DNA of 64,000 nt, from positions 15,691-79,690 of the IMG/VR virus record IMGVR_UViG_2767802109_000003, one strand, 5' to 3'. Below are positions 43,201 through 53,454 of the stretch, one piece after another. The notes under the pieces were generated by a model, which saw only the letters and a list, made by a program, of their open reading frames with translations, did no database searches and was not told the origin of the DNA. Each line of letters opens with the position of its first letter. Position 1 is the stretch's first letter. The stretch comes from a virus. Lineage: Duplodnaviria > Caudoviricetes. The translations under genes were made by a program, and so were the position numbers.

Positions 43201-46086
43201 CCACTGATCATCATGCTGGCCGGGCTGTTCACGAAGGTACTCGCCGGGGCGATCGGCTACCTCGTGCCGATCATGAACAAGGTGATCGGCGGCATCACCT
43301 GGTTCGTCGACATCCTCACCAAGGGCGTCAAGAAAGTCTTCGAAGGCTTCCACTGGCTGTGGGACAAGCTGCTCGGCCACTCGATCATCCCCGACATCGT
43401 CAACGGCACCGTCGGCTGGTTCAAGAAGCTGTGGAACTGGCTGCGGGACCTCGTCACCACCATCAAGAACGGAGTCGTCGCAGGCTTCCGGGGCCTCAAG
43501 AACGGGGCCGTCGAGATCTGGGAGTCGTTCTGGGGCCGGGTGAGGTCCATCGCCTCCGGCGCCTGGAAACTCGTCCGCGACGGATGGGACACGTTCGCAG
43601 GCAGCCTGACCGGCGCCTTCAAGGACGCCGTCAAGGGACTCGGAAAGGCCTGGCAGGGCCTGCAGAACCTGGTGAAAGCCCCCATCCGGTTCTGGATCGA
43701 AACCGTGTTCAACCGCGGCGTAGTCTCCGTCTGGAACAAGACCGCTGCCAAGATTCCCGGCGTCCCAGACCTGAAGCCAATGGCCCTCCCGAAGGGCTTC
43801 GCCCGCGGCGGCATCCTCCCCGGCTGGTCCACATTCCGCGACGGCGACGACCAACTCGTCCCCATGCGGCGCGGCGAAGGCGTGTACGTCTCCGAAGTCA
43901 TGGCCGACCCCTACGAGCGGGCCCGCCTCCATGCCCTCAACGCCGCAGCCATCCGCGGCCAACACCCTGCCGTCGCCCGCGCACAGATGGGCTTCGCCGA
44001 GGGCGGCATCCTCGGCGGCATCAAGAACGTCGGCTCCAGCATCGTCTCCAGCGTCGGCAACGTCCTGGAAAAGGGAGCCGACGCAGCCCGCGGCACCCTC
44101 GCCGACCTCGCAGCAAAGGCGTTCAAGCCCGTCAAGTCCGGTATCACCAAGGCCCTGGGAAAGAACAAGAGCGGCTGGCCGGGCGCGATCGCCGGCGCCC
44201 CACTGAACCTGATCGACAAGGCGATCGACTACATCCGCGGCAAGGACATTCTCGAATCGACCGGCTCATGGATCAAGCCGGTGAACGCCCCCTACGGCAC
44301 GAAGTTCGGGCAGCGCGGCTCGATGTGGTCGTCTGGCCGGCACACCGGCCTGGACTTCCCTGCCAAGACGGGCACCAAGGTCGTCGCCGTCGACAACGGC
44401 ACCGTCCAGAAGGTGCAGTCGGGCGGCCCCTACGGCAAACACGTCACCGTCTCCCACGGCGGCGGCCTGCAGTCCCTGTACGCACACATGTCAGCGATGG
44501 CCGCCAAGGCCGGTGAGGGCATCAAGCGGGGCGCCCGGATCGGCTCCGTGGGCGCCACAGGCAACGTCACCGGCCCGCACCTTCACCTCGAGGCGCGTGT
44601 CAACGGCAAGTCCGTCGACCCGATGAAATACCTGACCGGTGGAGGCGAGGGCGGGTCCGGCGTGCAGCGCTGGACTGGTGTAGTCCGCCAGGCCCTCGGT
44701 GACCTCCGCCAGTCGGTGTCGCTGGTGTCGACGACGCTGCGCCGCATGAACCAGGAGTCCGGCGGCAACCCGAAGGCCGTCAACCGCTGGGACTCCAACT
44801 GGCAGGCCGGTCACCCGTCGGTCGGCCTGATGCAGGTCATCAAGGGCACGTTCGCCGCCTACGCGGGCAAGTACAAGCGGACCGGCCCGTTCATGTACGG
44901 CGTCTCGGTCGACCCGATGGCCAACATCTACTCCAGCATGCGGTACGCCCTGGCCCGTTACGGCTCTCTGTCGAAGGCGTACAACCGTCCTGGCGGCTAC
45001 GCCCGCGGCGGTGTCGTGGGCATCCGGCGGGGCCTGCCCCGCGGCTACGCGTCCGGCGGCATCATCACGGTCGGCGGCAAGAAGATCGACACCGGCCCGA
45101 CCGCGGCAGCTGTCGGCGGCGACTTCCTGAAGGCGCTGACGGGCACCGCTGCCGCCATCAACACTGCGATGACCAAGGTCGCGACCGCGATCAAGAACGC
45201 GTTCAAGGGCGTCAAGACGACCCTCGACGACAAGCTGCTCAAGCAGATCGCTTCGACAAACAAGAAGCTCCAGGCCCTCTCGAAGCAGCGCGACGACATC
45301 GCCGCGAAGATCACGGCGGCGAAGGATCTGGCGAAGACCACCACCGAGGGCGCCAACAGCTTCGCCTCCGTGACCGGCCTGCCCAGCGCAGGCAACGTGT
45401 TCAACGCGTCGGGGATCCTCGCCGGGCTCAACGTCCGCCTGGGCCAGTTGAAGAAGTTCGGCGCCAACATCAAACTCCTGGGGGAGCGGGGCCTGAACAA
45501 GACCCTCCTTCAGCAGATCATCACTGCGGGTCCGGAGCAGGGGGCTGCATACGCGCAGGCCCTCGTCGACGCCACCCCGGCCGAACTCAAGGACATCAAC
45601 ACTGCCCAGTCGGCAATCTCCAAGGCCGCCACTGGCCTGGGCCAGAACGCTGCGGACGCCATGTACGACGCCGGGGTCGCCTCCGGGAAGGGCTACCTGA
45701 CAGGCCTCACGTCACAGCAGACCCTGATCGAACGACAGATGCAGATCATGGCCCAAGGTCTGCAGGCAAGCATCAAACGCGCCCTGAAGATCAAGTCGCC
45801 GTCGCAGGTGTTCGCCGCCATCGGCCGCTTCACCGGGCAGGGCTTCGCCCAAGGCGTGGCAGCGTCCGTACCCGACGCCGAGGCGGCCACCCTGCGCATG
45901 GCGAACGCAGTCCGAGCCACCGCCTCCGCCACCGCAGCCCGCGTACAGAACAACCAGACCATCCGCAACGGCGGCGACCGCATCCTCAACTACAACGCAG
46001 CCGTCCGAGAAGTCGCCTCACGCAAGAGCGTCAACGACGCCCTAGCCATGGACGAAATGCTGCACCGAACGCTGGTGGTGGGCTGA
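40273..46086 (+). CDS. Tape measure protein with M23 peptidase and lytic transglycosylase domains
   Basis: 1937 aa; coiled coil and amphipathic repeats; HTGLDF..YAHM..HLHLE; ESGGN..GLMQ. Confidence 0.95.
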   Translation: MAEPSVVGRTRVSLIPDTTRFGATMLEELPKAARPGAIKAGDVIADTITRKVRSAVAKLKPVVKVGLDLDTAATKTALDKLTAPRKIKLGVDLDTGTAKTKLDELTKARTVKVTAQLSDQQATATLDKLTKPRTVKITASVDSTEAEKKLDTLVRQRTVDILPQIQRAAYDRAERDLARLCRDRYVNIYTRVNTRVGAQDLQNLTRNRTVRIDADVDTRAAAASLAALTARRSVTVNANADTAAAAARLALLTRDRSINVRVRTIGLGALTAGLGAAGSSGRAFSSLGARIAAIGVAAITALPTIASLGSALAQLGPLAATAAPALGLLIGGFAAIKIGTKGVGDAIKAAFQPVAAEGAKAASATRQVEDAQRSLARAQRAVSDAQRAAAERVRQAELQVANAERDLASAQRDARQAQQDLTAARRQAARDLQDMNQRLKEGRLSEAEATLAIQQAEEDLARVRSDPAATQLQIQQADLTRERAVASLEAQRIEMQRLQQDTAAANKAGVEGSQAVVQAKQQIAAADTRVADEQRTLAEAQRDVTRAQVDGQRQVADAQEAVADAVRRLGEAQETTAAQTSKLDEALARLSPNARAFVGALQTMAPAWRGMKLDVQDALFANLGSRLQTVGGQILPTVRAGLVGAAGELNTKAHNALSAVSNLQRAGTLGQVFDGLRQNLGTVSRIPGQLVTGFAQLSVAAQPAFDRMASGLAGAMDRAMAKLGTAFQDGRLEEAINTALDVAVKFGGVLADLGGIFAGIFKAAGAAGGDFFGVIGAALKEIRRVIEMPEVQAALTQIFKALNAVAGLLAGALGAALQAFLPVLAAMSPVIQQLAEKLGPVVAQIFQQLATALMPVIEALMPIIADVVGVIADLAVQLLPLLQPIGLLIAEILKAVAPFITMIGGLLTTLLPPLVQAITPVIMALLPAVAMIGQLLAQLAPLFPPILQALLPLLPPLTQLALSLITLAMQVITPLMPLIIMLAGLFTKVLAGAIGYLVPIMNKVIGGITWFVDILTKGVKKVFEGFHWLWDKLLGHSIIPDIVNGTVGWFKKLWNWLRDLVTTIKNGVVAGFRGLKNGAVEIWESFWGRVRSIASGAWKLVRDGWDTFAGSLTGAFKDAVKGLGKAWQGLQNLVKAPIRFWIETVFNRGVVSVWNKTAAKIPGVPDLKPMALPKGFARGGILPGWSTFRDGDDQLVPMRRGEGVYVSEVMADPYERARLHALNAAAIRGQHPAVARAQMGFAEGGILGGIKNVGSSIVSSVGNVLEKGADAARGTLADLAAKAFKPVKSGITKALGKNKSGWPGAIAGAPLNLIDKAIDYIRGKDILESTGSWIKPVNAPYGTKFGQRGSMWSSGRHTGLDFPAKTGTKVVAVDNGTVQKVQSGGPYGKHVTVSHGGGLQSLYAHMSAMAAKAGEGIKRGARIGSVGATGNVTGPHLHLEARVNGKSVDPMKYLTGGGEGGSGVQRWTGVVRQALGDLRQSVSLVSTTLRRMNQESGGNPKAVNRWDSNWQAGHPSVGLMQVIKGTFAAYAGKYKRTGPFMYGVSVDPMANIYSSMRYALARYGSLSKAYNRPGGYARGGVVGIRRGLPRGYASGGIITVGGKKIDTGPTAAAVGGDFLKALTGTAAAINTAMTKVATAIKNAFKGVKTTLDDKLLKQIASTNKKLQALSKQRDDIAAKITAAKDLAKTTTEGANSFASVTGLPSAGNVFNASGILAGLNVRLGQLKKFGANIKLLGERGLNKTLLQQIITAGPEQGAAYAQALVDATPAELKDINTAQSAISKAATGLGQNAADAMYDAGVASGKGYLTGLTSQQTLIERQMQIMAQGLQASIKRALKIKSPSQVFAAIGRFTGQGFAQGVAASVPDAEAATLRMANAVRATASATAARVQNNQTIRNGGDRILNYNAAVREVASRKSVNDALAMDEMLHRTLVVG

Positions 46087-47027
46087 TGCCGATCCTCGTA
46101 CCCTCCGTCACCCTCCCACCCGAGGACCAGCAGGGCCCGCCCTGGCCCACGCTCATCAACCAGATGCCGCAGGTCAGCTTCACCGACCCGCGAGGCATCG
46201 TGACGGTCTTCTCCGACTGGGAGCGGGGCTGGCTGCTCCAGCCGGGCGCCAAGGGCCTGGACATGCCGGAGTACCAGGTCGCCACCGACGAGTCGCCGGG
46301 TATCGACGGCTACGAGGTCCGTGACGTGCGCGCCCAAGGCAAGACGATCACCTTGCCTATCGCGTTCTGGGCCCACGACTCCCGCCAGGCGTACAAGGCC
46401 CGCCGACGCGCCCTCATCAACAGCCTCAATCCGAAGCGGGGCGTCGGCACCCTGACATTGACCGAGCCTGACGGGGCGACCCGCAGCATCGGCGCCTACT
46501 ACACCGGCGGCCTCGAAGGCGACGAGTCCCTGGACGCCGCGGGGGAACGCTGGTGCATCAACGCCCTCACCTTTGGCGCGCCCTCCCCGTACTGGACGGG
46601 AACCGAGGTGGCGCACCGGTTCGCGGCCGGCTCGGACGCCGAATTCTTCCCAGTCCTGCCTGTCGAGGTGGGAGATTCGCAGGTGCTGGGTGAGGTCATT
46701 GTCGACAACGTCGGCGACGACGTCGCCTACCCCGCGTGGACGATCAAGGGCCCGGCCACGGGCATCACCCTCACGAACCACACCACCGGCCAGGAGATCA
46801 ACCTCACTCGCACGATCACCGGCACGGACACGGTCGTCATCGACACCCGCGAACGCCGCCAGACAGCCCTCCTCAACGGAGCGACGAACCTGTGGCCGGA
46901 CCTGTCCGACGACTCCGAACTGTGGCCGCTCCAGGAAGGCGGCAACGAACTGAACCTCGTCGTCGACGGATCAACGTCCGCGACCAGCGTCACCCTCACC
47001 TACCAGCCCCGCTACCTGGCGTCATAG
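46086..47027 (+). CDS. Distal tail protein (Dit)
   Basis: Follows tape measure; FGAPSPYW, DNVGD..YPAWTIKGP. Confidence 0.85.
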   Translation: MPILVPSVTLPPEDQQGPPWPTLINQMPQVSFTDPRGIVTVFSDWERGWLLQPGAKGLDMPEYQVATDESPGIDGYEVRDVRAQGKTITLPIAFWAHDSRQAYKARRRALINSLNPKRGVGTLTLTEPDGATRSIGAYYTGGLEGDESLDAAGERWCINALTFGAPSPYWTGTEVAHRFAAGSDAEFFPVLPVEVGDSQVLGEVIVDNVGDDVAYPAWTIKGPATGITLTNHTTGQEINLTRTITGTDTVVIDTRERRQTALLNGATNLWPDLSDDSELWPLQEGGNELNLVVDGSTSATSVTLTYQPRYLAS

Positions 47028-47037
47028 GAGGCTGGCC

Positions 47038-48213
47038 ATGGAATCGCAAGCACTCCGGGTGTACGTCCGCAACTCGACGCTGCAGCGGATCGGGCAGGTC
47101 GCCGACTACACCAACCTGACCGTCATCCCCCGCCACAACGCCGTCGGTGCGATCACCATGGAGATCTCCGCCGACTCGCCGAGCGCCCCACTGCTTGTCG
47201 AAGGCAACGGCCTGATCATCAAAACGCCGACCGGTCACACCGTGATGTCGGGGCCGATCCGAACCCCGGACTGGTCCCGATCCGAATCGGACGCGGGCGG
47301 CGGCAAGCTCACCGTCGGCGCCGTGTCGGACGACGAGATCCTCGCCCGCTACGCCTGCTGGCCCTCACCGACCGCAGCTATCGGATCCCAGACCGCATCC
47401 GTCTACAAAATCGACGTGCCAGCGGCGGAAACCGGCATGCGGAACCTCGTCAATTTGAACGCCGGGCCCGGCGCCCTCGCAAGCCGCCGCAACCCGCTGC
47501 TCACCCTCGCCACCAACGGCGTCCACGGGCCGGCCCTCGTGCGCGAGGTCAACCAGTTCGACAACCTCCTCGTGGTCTTGCAGGACATCGCCAACAGCGC
47601 CGGCCTCGGCTTCCGCGTCGTCCAGGTAGGCCCCAGCCTGCAGTTCCAGGTGTTCGAACCCGCCGACCTGTCCGGCACGGCCCGCTTCAGCTTCGGTCTC
47701 GGCAACCTCACCGACGCCTCCTACAGCACCACCCCGCCTACCTGCACCCGCGCCATCGTCGTCGCAGGAGGCGGCACCTCACCGAGGGTTTGCAAGACCT
47801 ACGACCGCGCCGACCCCCTCTTTCCCGGGCTGGTCATCGAGCAGTTCGTCGACCGGACCAGCGTCGACACCGCCTCCGTCGACCTGACCGCGCAGATGGA
47901 CCAGGCCGGTGAGGAAGCCCTTGCGAACGGCGCGGGACAGGGCTCTCTGTCCATCAGCCCGATCGATCTGCCAATGCTGCGCTACGGCCGCGACTACAAC
48001 GTCGGCGACACCGTCTCCGCCCAACTCCGGGGCGGCGCCTGGTACACGGACACCGTCCGCGAGGTCACCCTGACCAGCTCCACCAGCGGCTCCACGGTGA
48101 AGGCCACCGTCGGCGGTGACAGCTCCGGCGACAGTGCCGTGGGCCGCATCTACAAGTACATCGCCCAGGTCAAGAAGAACGTGGCCAGGCTCCAGACCAG
48201 GAAGGCGGCCTGA
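47038..48213 (+). CDS. Tail hub / Tal (ReqiPepy6 gp37-like)
   Basis: Follows Dit; YGRDYNVGDTV motif. Confidence 0.85.
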   Translation: MESQALRVYVRNSTLQRIGQVADYTNLTVIPRHNAVGAITMEISADSPSAPLLVEGNGLIIKTPTGHTVMSGPIRTPDWSRSESDAGGGKLTVGAVSDDEILARYACWPSPTAAIGSQTASVYKIDVPAAETGMRNLVNLNAGPGALASRRNPLLTLATNGVHGPALVREVNQFDNLLVVLQDIANSAGLGFRVVQVGPSLQFQVFEPADLSGTARFSFGLGNLTDASYSTTPPTCTRAIVVAGGGTSPRVCKTYDRADPLFPGLVIEQFVDRTSVDTASVDLTAQMDQAGEEALANGAGQGSLSISPIDLPMLRYGRDYNVGDTVSAQLRGGAWYTDTVREVTLTSSTSGSTVKATVGGDSSGDSAVGRIYKYIAQVKKNVARLQTRKAA

Positions 48214-48215
48214 CG

Positions 48216-49235
48216 ATGGCTGAGTTCTCCGCGCCGTTCACCGGCTCCCCGATCACCACCCAACTGCAGTGGTCCCGCATGGTCCGCCGCGGCATCCTCG
48301 ACGGCGTCCACGCCGACGACTCCTCCAGCACCGCCCTCAAGGTCACCGCCTCCGGCACCACCACCGTCACCGTCGCCCCAGGCCCCGCCACCGTCAACGG
48401 CTTCCACTACAACCTCGACGCGCCGAAGAATTTGGATGTCGTCGCCAACGCGGGCGGCGCCGCCCGCATCGACTACGTCGTCCTCCGCGCCGACCAAGCC
48501 GCCAAGAAGGTCACCGCCGAATACAAGACCGGCGGCACCACCGCACCCACCCTCACCCAGGACGAAGAAGGCGTGTGGGAGATCCCCATCGCCCAGTGCA
48601 CGGTCGGCGCCGGATCCTCCGTCGTCACCGCCGCCAACGTCATCGACAAGCGCTACCTCGCCAGCCGACCGCCGATCCCCGGCATCCCGGGAGCCCGCCG
48701 CCCGTCCGTGAAGAACGGGCTCCTCGTCGAGGACGGCAAGCTCTACTACGGGGACGGCGCGCAGTGGCGGTGGATGGCCACCGCCGGCGTCGACGACTCC
48801 ACCTACGCCCCGGTGTGGACGACGAACAACGGCAGCAACCCCATCAACTGGGGGTCCGGCTCCCTCAACTACGGCCGCTACCAGGCATTCGGTAAGCGCG
48901 TCGACGTCACCATCCAGCTGCAGCCCACCGGCAACCCGCCCTCCTACGTCGACCCCGTCGAAGTGTCACTGCCGCCAGGCCTGCCCGCCTCCGGTATTCA
49001 CCGCGCCATGTTCACGTGGCTGGTCGGCTCCGAGAACGGCGAAGGAGCCGCCGGCGGCGTCGGCGTCCTCTACCCGACGATCTCCACAGGCCGGATCGCC
49101 CGCCTCCTCTACCCGGTGTCCAACGGCTCCGCCATCACCGCGAAGCCGGACATGCGGAGCCTCATGACCAACTTCCCGTTCAACATCCGCACCGGCGACG
49201 TCTTGACGATCGACGGCTCCTACTGGCTCGCCTGA
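48216..49235 (+). CDS. Minor tail / upper baseplate protein
   Basis: VTVAPGPATVNG..RIDYVVLR..WEIPIA. Confidence 0.75.
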   Translation: MAEFSAPFTGSPITTQLQWSRMVRRGILDGVHADDSSSTALKVTASGTTTVTVAPGPATVNGFHYNLDAPKNLDVVANAGGAARIDYVVLRADQAAKKVTAEYKTGGTTAPTLTQDEEGVWEIPIAQCTVGAGSSVVTAANVIDKRYLASRPPIPGIPGARRPSVKNGLLVEDGKLYYGDGAQWRWMATAGVDDSTYAPVWTTNNGSNPINWGSGSLNYGRYQAFGKRVDVTIQLQPTGNPPSYVDPVEVSLPPGLPASGIHRAMFTWLVGSENGEGAAGGVGVLYPTISTGRIARLLYPVSNGSAITAKPDMRSLMTNFPFNIRTGDVLTIDGSYWLA

Positions 49236-49255
49236 GCCCGGAAAGAAGGTGACCA

Positions 49256-52240
49256 GTGCCCCGCCACACCTTCGGAGGAAGCCCCTCCGACTACGCCATG
49301 GAGCGCGTCGGCAACCAGCTCCTCGTCCGCCCCGGCGCCACCGGCACCGTCTGGGACGCGCTCACCGGCGGCACCCAGTACACGGACCTGACCGACCTCA
49401 CCGGCACCCCGATCACCCAGGTGACAGCAGACGCGGACGGCGCCGTCGCCTTCATGGGCCCCGACAATGTCACGAGCCTGTACGTCGACTTCGGCTACAC
49501 CCGGCGCTTCGCCCTGACCGCCGTCGACCTCGGCGAGACACTCACCGACTTCATCGCTCAGGGCGGCCAGCCGGGCGGCTGGGCTCAGCTCGACGGCTCC
49601 GGCAACATCGACGGCTCCCAGATCCCCGCACAGTTGGACTGGATCGTCGCCAGCAACCACGGCGCGATCGGTGACGGCGCCACCGACGACACCATGGCCA
49701 TCCAGGCGGCCATCGACGCCTGCGCGCCGGGTGGCATCGTCTACCTGCCCCGCGGCGTGTACAAGACGACAGCCACCCTCGACCTGAAGAACGGCGTGAG
49801 CCTGGTCGGCTCCCACGCCAACATGATGGTCGGACCGGGCATGACGGGCGAGGACTACCCCTGCTACATCCAGCCCGCCATGCCCTTCACCGGCACATCG
49901 GTGATCCAGATCATCGGCGAGGACGACGGCGAACACCCGGCGATCTCCGGCGAGCAGCGGCTGACCAACCTGATGCTGGACGGTTCCCAGCTCACCGGCA
50001 CGTCGATCGACGGCCTGTTCGCCAAGGGCAACGTGCAGAACGTGGTCATGGAGAACTTCACCGTCCGCCAGATGCCCAACAACGGCATGGTCACCGCCGA
50101 CGTCGCCGGGGTCTTCCCGTACTCGTGGCGACTGCGCCACGTCATGGTCGACAACTGCCACTCCAACGGCATCCTCTTCACCGGCAACACCGACCTCACC
50201 CTCGACGATGTGCAGGTCATCGGCTGCTGGGCACAAGGCGTCGTCCTCACCAACATCACCAACGGGCAGCTGGTCGGCTGCCGCACCGAATGGAATGGCA
50301 GCCACGGCTACCGCATCACCGGCGCCTGGGGCGACTGGCAGGGCTCCGGCGGCATGCAGATCACCGGCTGCTCCACCGACCGCAACGGCGGCCACGGCAT
50401 CCTCGTCGACGCCACCGGCAACACCCCCGTCCTGATCTCAGGCCTGATGACGCGCCGCGACGGCCGCAACGGCGGCAGCGGCGGCGGCAACTTCGCAGGC
50501 CTCGCCGTCGTCGGCGCAACCGTGCCCGTCACCGTCCACGGCGTCACCTGCTACCCGGGCGTCGACGACGGCGGCGCCTCCACCAACAGCCCCCAGTACG
50601 GGGTACGCCTGTCCGGCTCCTCGTCGGTGATGCTGGACGACGCCTACCTCCACGCCCAGACCGCGGGCCTCCTCGACGACGGCACCAACACCGCGGTGTC
50701 GCTGGGCCCGAACATCATGACCGTGGCCGGAGCGACCACCGTCGCGGTCCGCACCGTCGACAACCGGTACCGAGCCAACCCCGCCGCCCGCTACGTGGCC
50801 GCCTCCACCGCGCCCGCCCGCGAGAAGACCCGCGCCGACTGGGTGTGCGACGGCACAGCCGACGACGTACAGATCCAGGCCGCCATCAACGCCGTGAAGG
50901 CCGCAGGTGGCGGTGAGGTCTTCCTGTCACAGGGCGTCTTCAACCTGGCTGCGCAGCTGCGCCTGGAGGGCTCAGACGATGTGGACGTCGAGGTCGACGT
51001 CACGGTCCGCGGCGCCGGCAAGCGGTCCACGACGCTCGTTGTGGGCGCCGGGCTGGCGTCGGGACTGCATCTGACGAAGGTGATCCGCGCCAACCTGGAG
51101 GACTTCGGCCTGACGGTGGCCGGCGCCTCGCACGGCATCTCCTCGGACTCCACCCACTCCGGGACCAGCGGGCACCGCTCGTTCTGGCACTCGACGTTCC
51201 GCAATCTGCAGGTGAGCGGCCCGTTCAACGGAACCCACACCGGCTGGGGCCTGCACCTGGGTTCACCGTTCCGCAGCGTGTTTGAGAACATCGAACTCGC
51301 CGGGATCGGCAACGGCATGCGAATGTTCTCGGAGAACGCCGCGTTCAACCCGGGCGACTGCCAGGTCACCCGCATGTTCGTCGACACATCTGGCAACAAC
51401 CGGGTCGCCTACCAGGTCGAATCGACCACGGTCGACGGCGTCATGAACCAGATCGAATTCTCCATGTGCGAGGCGATCAACTCGGGCACCGGGTCGACGG
51501 GCATCCTCATCACCGGTACCGGACCCGTCTCCCACACGCACTGGCGCGGAATCAACCTGGAGCAGTTCGACAAGCTGATCGACGTGCAGCGCGGCCACGG
51601 CAACATGTTCCGCCTCAACTACTGTGAACTCCGCGCCGCCAACACGCTGACCGCCGTCACGTTCGGCGCGAACGCCTACAACAACGCCGTCCTCAGCATG
51701 GGCGCCCTGTTCTCCGCCAACACCCAGGCCCTGTACGCCGACGGCAACACGTCGATCCCCAACCAGCCCAACCGCATCGAAAACGTGCGGATCTATGCAG
51801 ACACCGGAGCCGTCATCAGCGGCACCGCCAACACGGCGGGCACCACCGTCCGCCGCGGCGTCGTCGGCTCCGGACCCGGCACCATCTCCGTCCTCGCCCC
51901 GCACGGCGCGAACATTCCGACCAGCATCATCACCCTCACCGACGCCGCCACCATCGCCACCAACGCCTCCTACGGTTCCCACTTCCGCGTGTCGATGGCA
52001 GGCAACCGGACCCTCGGCGCCCCGACGCTGCCGACGGACGGGCAGCGCGCACTGTGGGAGGTCACCGCGTCGGGCGCCGCCCGCACCCTGACCCTGGCGG
52101 GGGGCGCTGGCGGCTTCGTCTTCGGGTCGGACATCACCGCGCTGACGGCCACCGTCTCCGGGAAGACCGACTACATCGGCGCGATCTACAACGCGTCCGC
52201 GAACGTGTGGCGGGTCATCGCCTACGTGAAGGGGTACTGA
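49256..52240 (+). CDS. Tailspike with two right-handed beta-helix (pectate-lyase-3-like) modules
   Basis: GAIGDGATDDTMAIQAAID..IVYLPRGVY and DDVQIQAAIN..GGGEVFLSQGVF. Confidence 0.85.
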   Translation: MPRHTFGGSPSDYAMERVGNQLLVRPGATGTVWDALTGGTQYTDLTDLTGTPITQVTADADGAVAFMGPDNVTSLYVDFGYTRRFALTAVDLGETLTDFIAQGGQPGGWAQLDGSGNIDGSQIPAQLDWIVASNHGAIGDGATDDTMAIQAAIDACAPGGIVYLPRGVYKTTATLDLKNGVSLVGSHANMMVGPGMTGEDYPCYIQPAMPFTGTSVIQIIGEDDGEHPAISGEQRLTNLMLDGSQLTGTSIDGLFAKGNVQNVVMENFTVRQMPNNGMVTADVAGVFPYSWRLRHVMVDNCHSNGILFTGNTDLTLDDVQVIGCWAQGVVLTNITNGQLVGCRTEWNGSHGYRITGAWGDWQGSGGMQITGCSTDRNGGHGILVDATGNTPVLISGLMTRRDGRNGGSGGGNFAGLAVVGATVPVTVHGVTCYPGVDDGGASTNSPQYGVRLSGSSSVMLDDAYLHAQTAGLLDDGTNTAVSLGPNIMTVAGATTVAVRTVDNRYRANPAARYVAASTAPAREKTRADWVCDGTADDVQIQAAINAVKAAGGGEVFLSQGVFNLAAQLRLEGSDDVDVEVDVTVRGAGKRSTTLVVGAGLASGLHLTKVIRANLEDFGLTVAGASHGISSDSTHSGTSGHRSFWHSTFRNLQVSGPFNGTHTGWGLHLGSPFRSVFENIELAGIGNGMRMFSENAAFNPGDCQVTRMFVDTSGNNRVAYQVESTTVDGVMNQIEFSMCEAINSGTGSTGILITGTGPVSHTHWRGINLEQFDKLIDVQRGHGNMFRLNYCELRAANTLTAVTFGANAYNNAVLSMGALFSANTQALYADGNTSIPNQPNRIENVRIYADTGAVISGTANTAGTTVRRGVVGSGPGTISVLAPHGANIPTSIITLTDAATIATNASYGSHFRVSMAGNRTLGAPTLPTDGQRALWEVTASGAARTLTLAGGAGGFVFGSDITALTATVSGKTDYIGAIYNASANVWRVIAYVKGY

Positions 52241-52242
52241 CC

Positions 52243-52869
52243 ATGCCGGCGATCGCAATGCTCGTCGACGACTTCGACGACAACACGGTCAACGGCGCCA
52301 TCTGGACGGCCTCCTACGGCACGTACAGCGAGACCGGCGGCCGGGCCCGAGTCGCATGCGCCGCCGACTACTCCGCCTACTCGTCGGCCGCTGCCTACAC
52401 CCTGGCCGGGTCGTCGATCTACGTGCGCATCTATCCGCCGGCTGCAGGCGGTGCCGTGACCACCGCCTACGGGCAGTTGTCGCTGCTGTCGACGACGGCA
52501 GGCACGGAGTTGGGCGCGCAGGTGAACATGGTGACGGGCAAGCTGCGCTGCCAGTCGAACACGGACTACTGGGATGCGGCGGCCGTGGAGGTCACCTACG
52601 ACTCCACGGCCCACGCCTACGTCCGCATCAGCGAAGCCGCAGGCACGTTGACGTGGTCGACGAGCCCGGACGGGTCGGCGTGGACGACCAGGAGAACGCT
52701 GGCGACCCCGGCATGGGTGACGGCGGCGACCACGATCCAGGTCCGCCTGGAAGCGCACCGGGACAGCGGGGTCGCGGACATCGCCGAGTTCGACAACCTC
52801 AACACGGTGCCCGCGGTGGTGGCGCCCGGGGATGCGAAGAAGGGGGCGTTGTTCCTTGGCTTCTTCTGA
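52243..52869 (+). CDS. Beta-sandwich (lectin-like) tail accessory protein
   Basis: LVDDFDDN.., FDNLN; follows tailspike. Confidence 0.65.
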   Translation: MPAIAMLVDDFDDNTVNGAIWTASYGTYSETGGRARVACAADYSAYSSAAAYTLAGSSIYVRIYPPAAGGAVTTAYGQLSLLSTTAGTELGAQVNMVTGKLRCQSNTDYWDAAAVEVTYDSTAHAYVRISEAAGTLTWSTSPDGSAWTTRRTLATPAWVTAATTIQVRLEAHRDSGVADIAEFDNLNTVPAVVAPGDAKKGALFLGFF

Positions 52870-52885
52870 CGGCCCGATTCAGGGC

Positions 52886-53119
52886 ATGATCCCGGCGCTG
52901 CCGGGGCTGCGCGTGGATGTGACGGCGCCACCGGGCACGCTCACGGACGGCGTGCCGGGCGGGGGAGTGCTGCTGGGCTGGGTCCTGGTCGCCGACGATG
53001 AGGCGGCGGGCGGCGCCCGGGTGGAGCCGGTGTTCCTCAGTGCGGGCCGGGCGTGGACACCAGACCAGTTCCGGGCCGCCTACGGGCAGCAACTCGGCGT
53101 CGTGGTCGGGCGTGGCTAG
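52886..53119 (+). CDS. Small hypothetical protein
   Basis: ORF convergent with antisense block. Confidence 0.45.
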   Translation: MIPALPGLRVDVTAPPGTLTDGVPGGGVLLGWVLVADDEAAGGARVEPVFLSAGRAWTPDQFRAAYGQQLGVVVGRG

Positions 53120-53454
53120 CCGACGTGGTCGCGCCAGTTCATGCCGGGCGGGAGGGCTGCCGGGTCGGCGTCCATGTGGGGCGCAGCAGGCTCCTCGTAC
53201 TGCACGGCCGTGAGTCGCATGCCGCTGCCGCTCCGGTCGACTTGGGTGACCCTGCCGACGGCGAGGATGCGGCCGGTGGCGGGGTCAGTGCAGGCGACGA
53301 GCCGTCCAACGAGCGGGTCGGACTGTTCCCGCTCGGCGAGTTCGGCATCGGCCACCGCCATGACAGCACGCACCATCGACTCGGAGGGGTAGCCCACGAT
53401 CGTGTTCACGGCCTCCGCGTAGCGGGCGTACCGGGCCGCATCCTTGTCGGTCAC
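53116..53454 (-). CDS. Hypothetical phage protein
   Basis: GGAG RBS, GTGA coupling. Confidence 0.6.
   Translation of the reverse strand: MTDKDAARYARYAEAVNTIVGYPSESMVRAVMAVADAELAEREQSDPLVGRLVACTDPATGRILAVGRVTQVDRSGSGMRLTAVQYEEPAAPHMDADPAALPPGMNWRDHVG

Noticed and set aside
39895-43965. 1356-aa antisense ORF (also 34093-36081, 30571-32472, 17897-19759)
   Set aside because: Shadow ORFs opposite well-supported genes; expected from stop-codon scarcity in high-GC3 DNA
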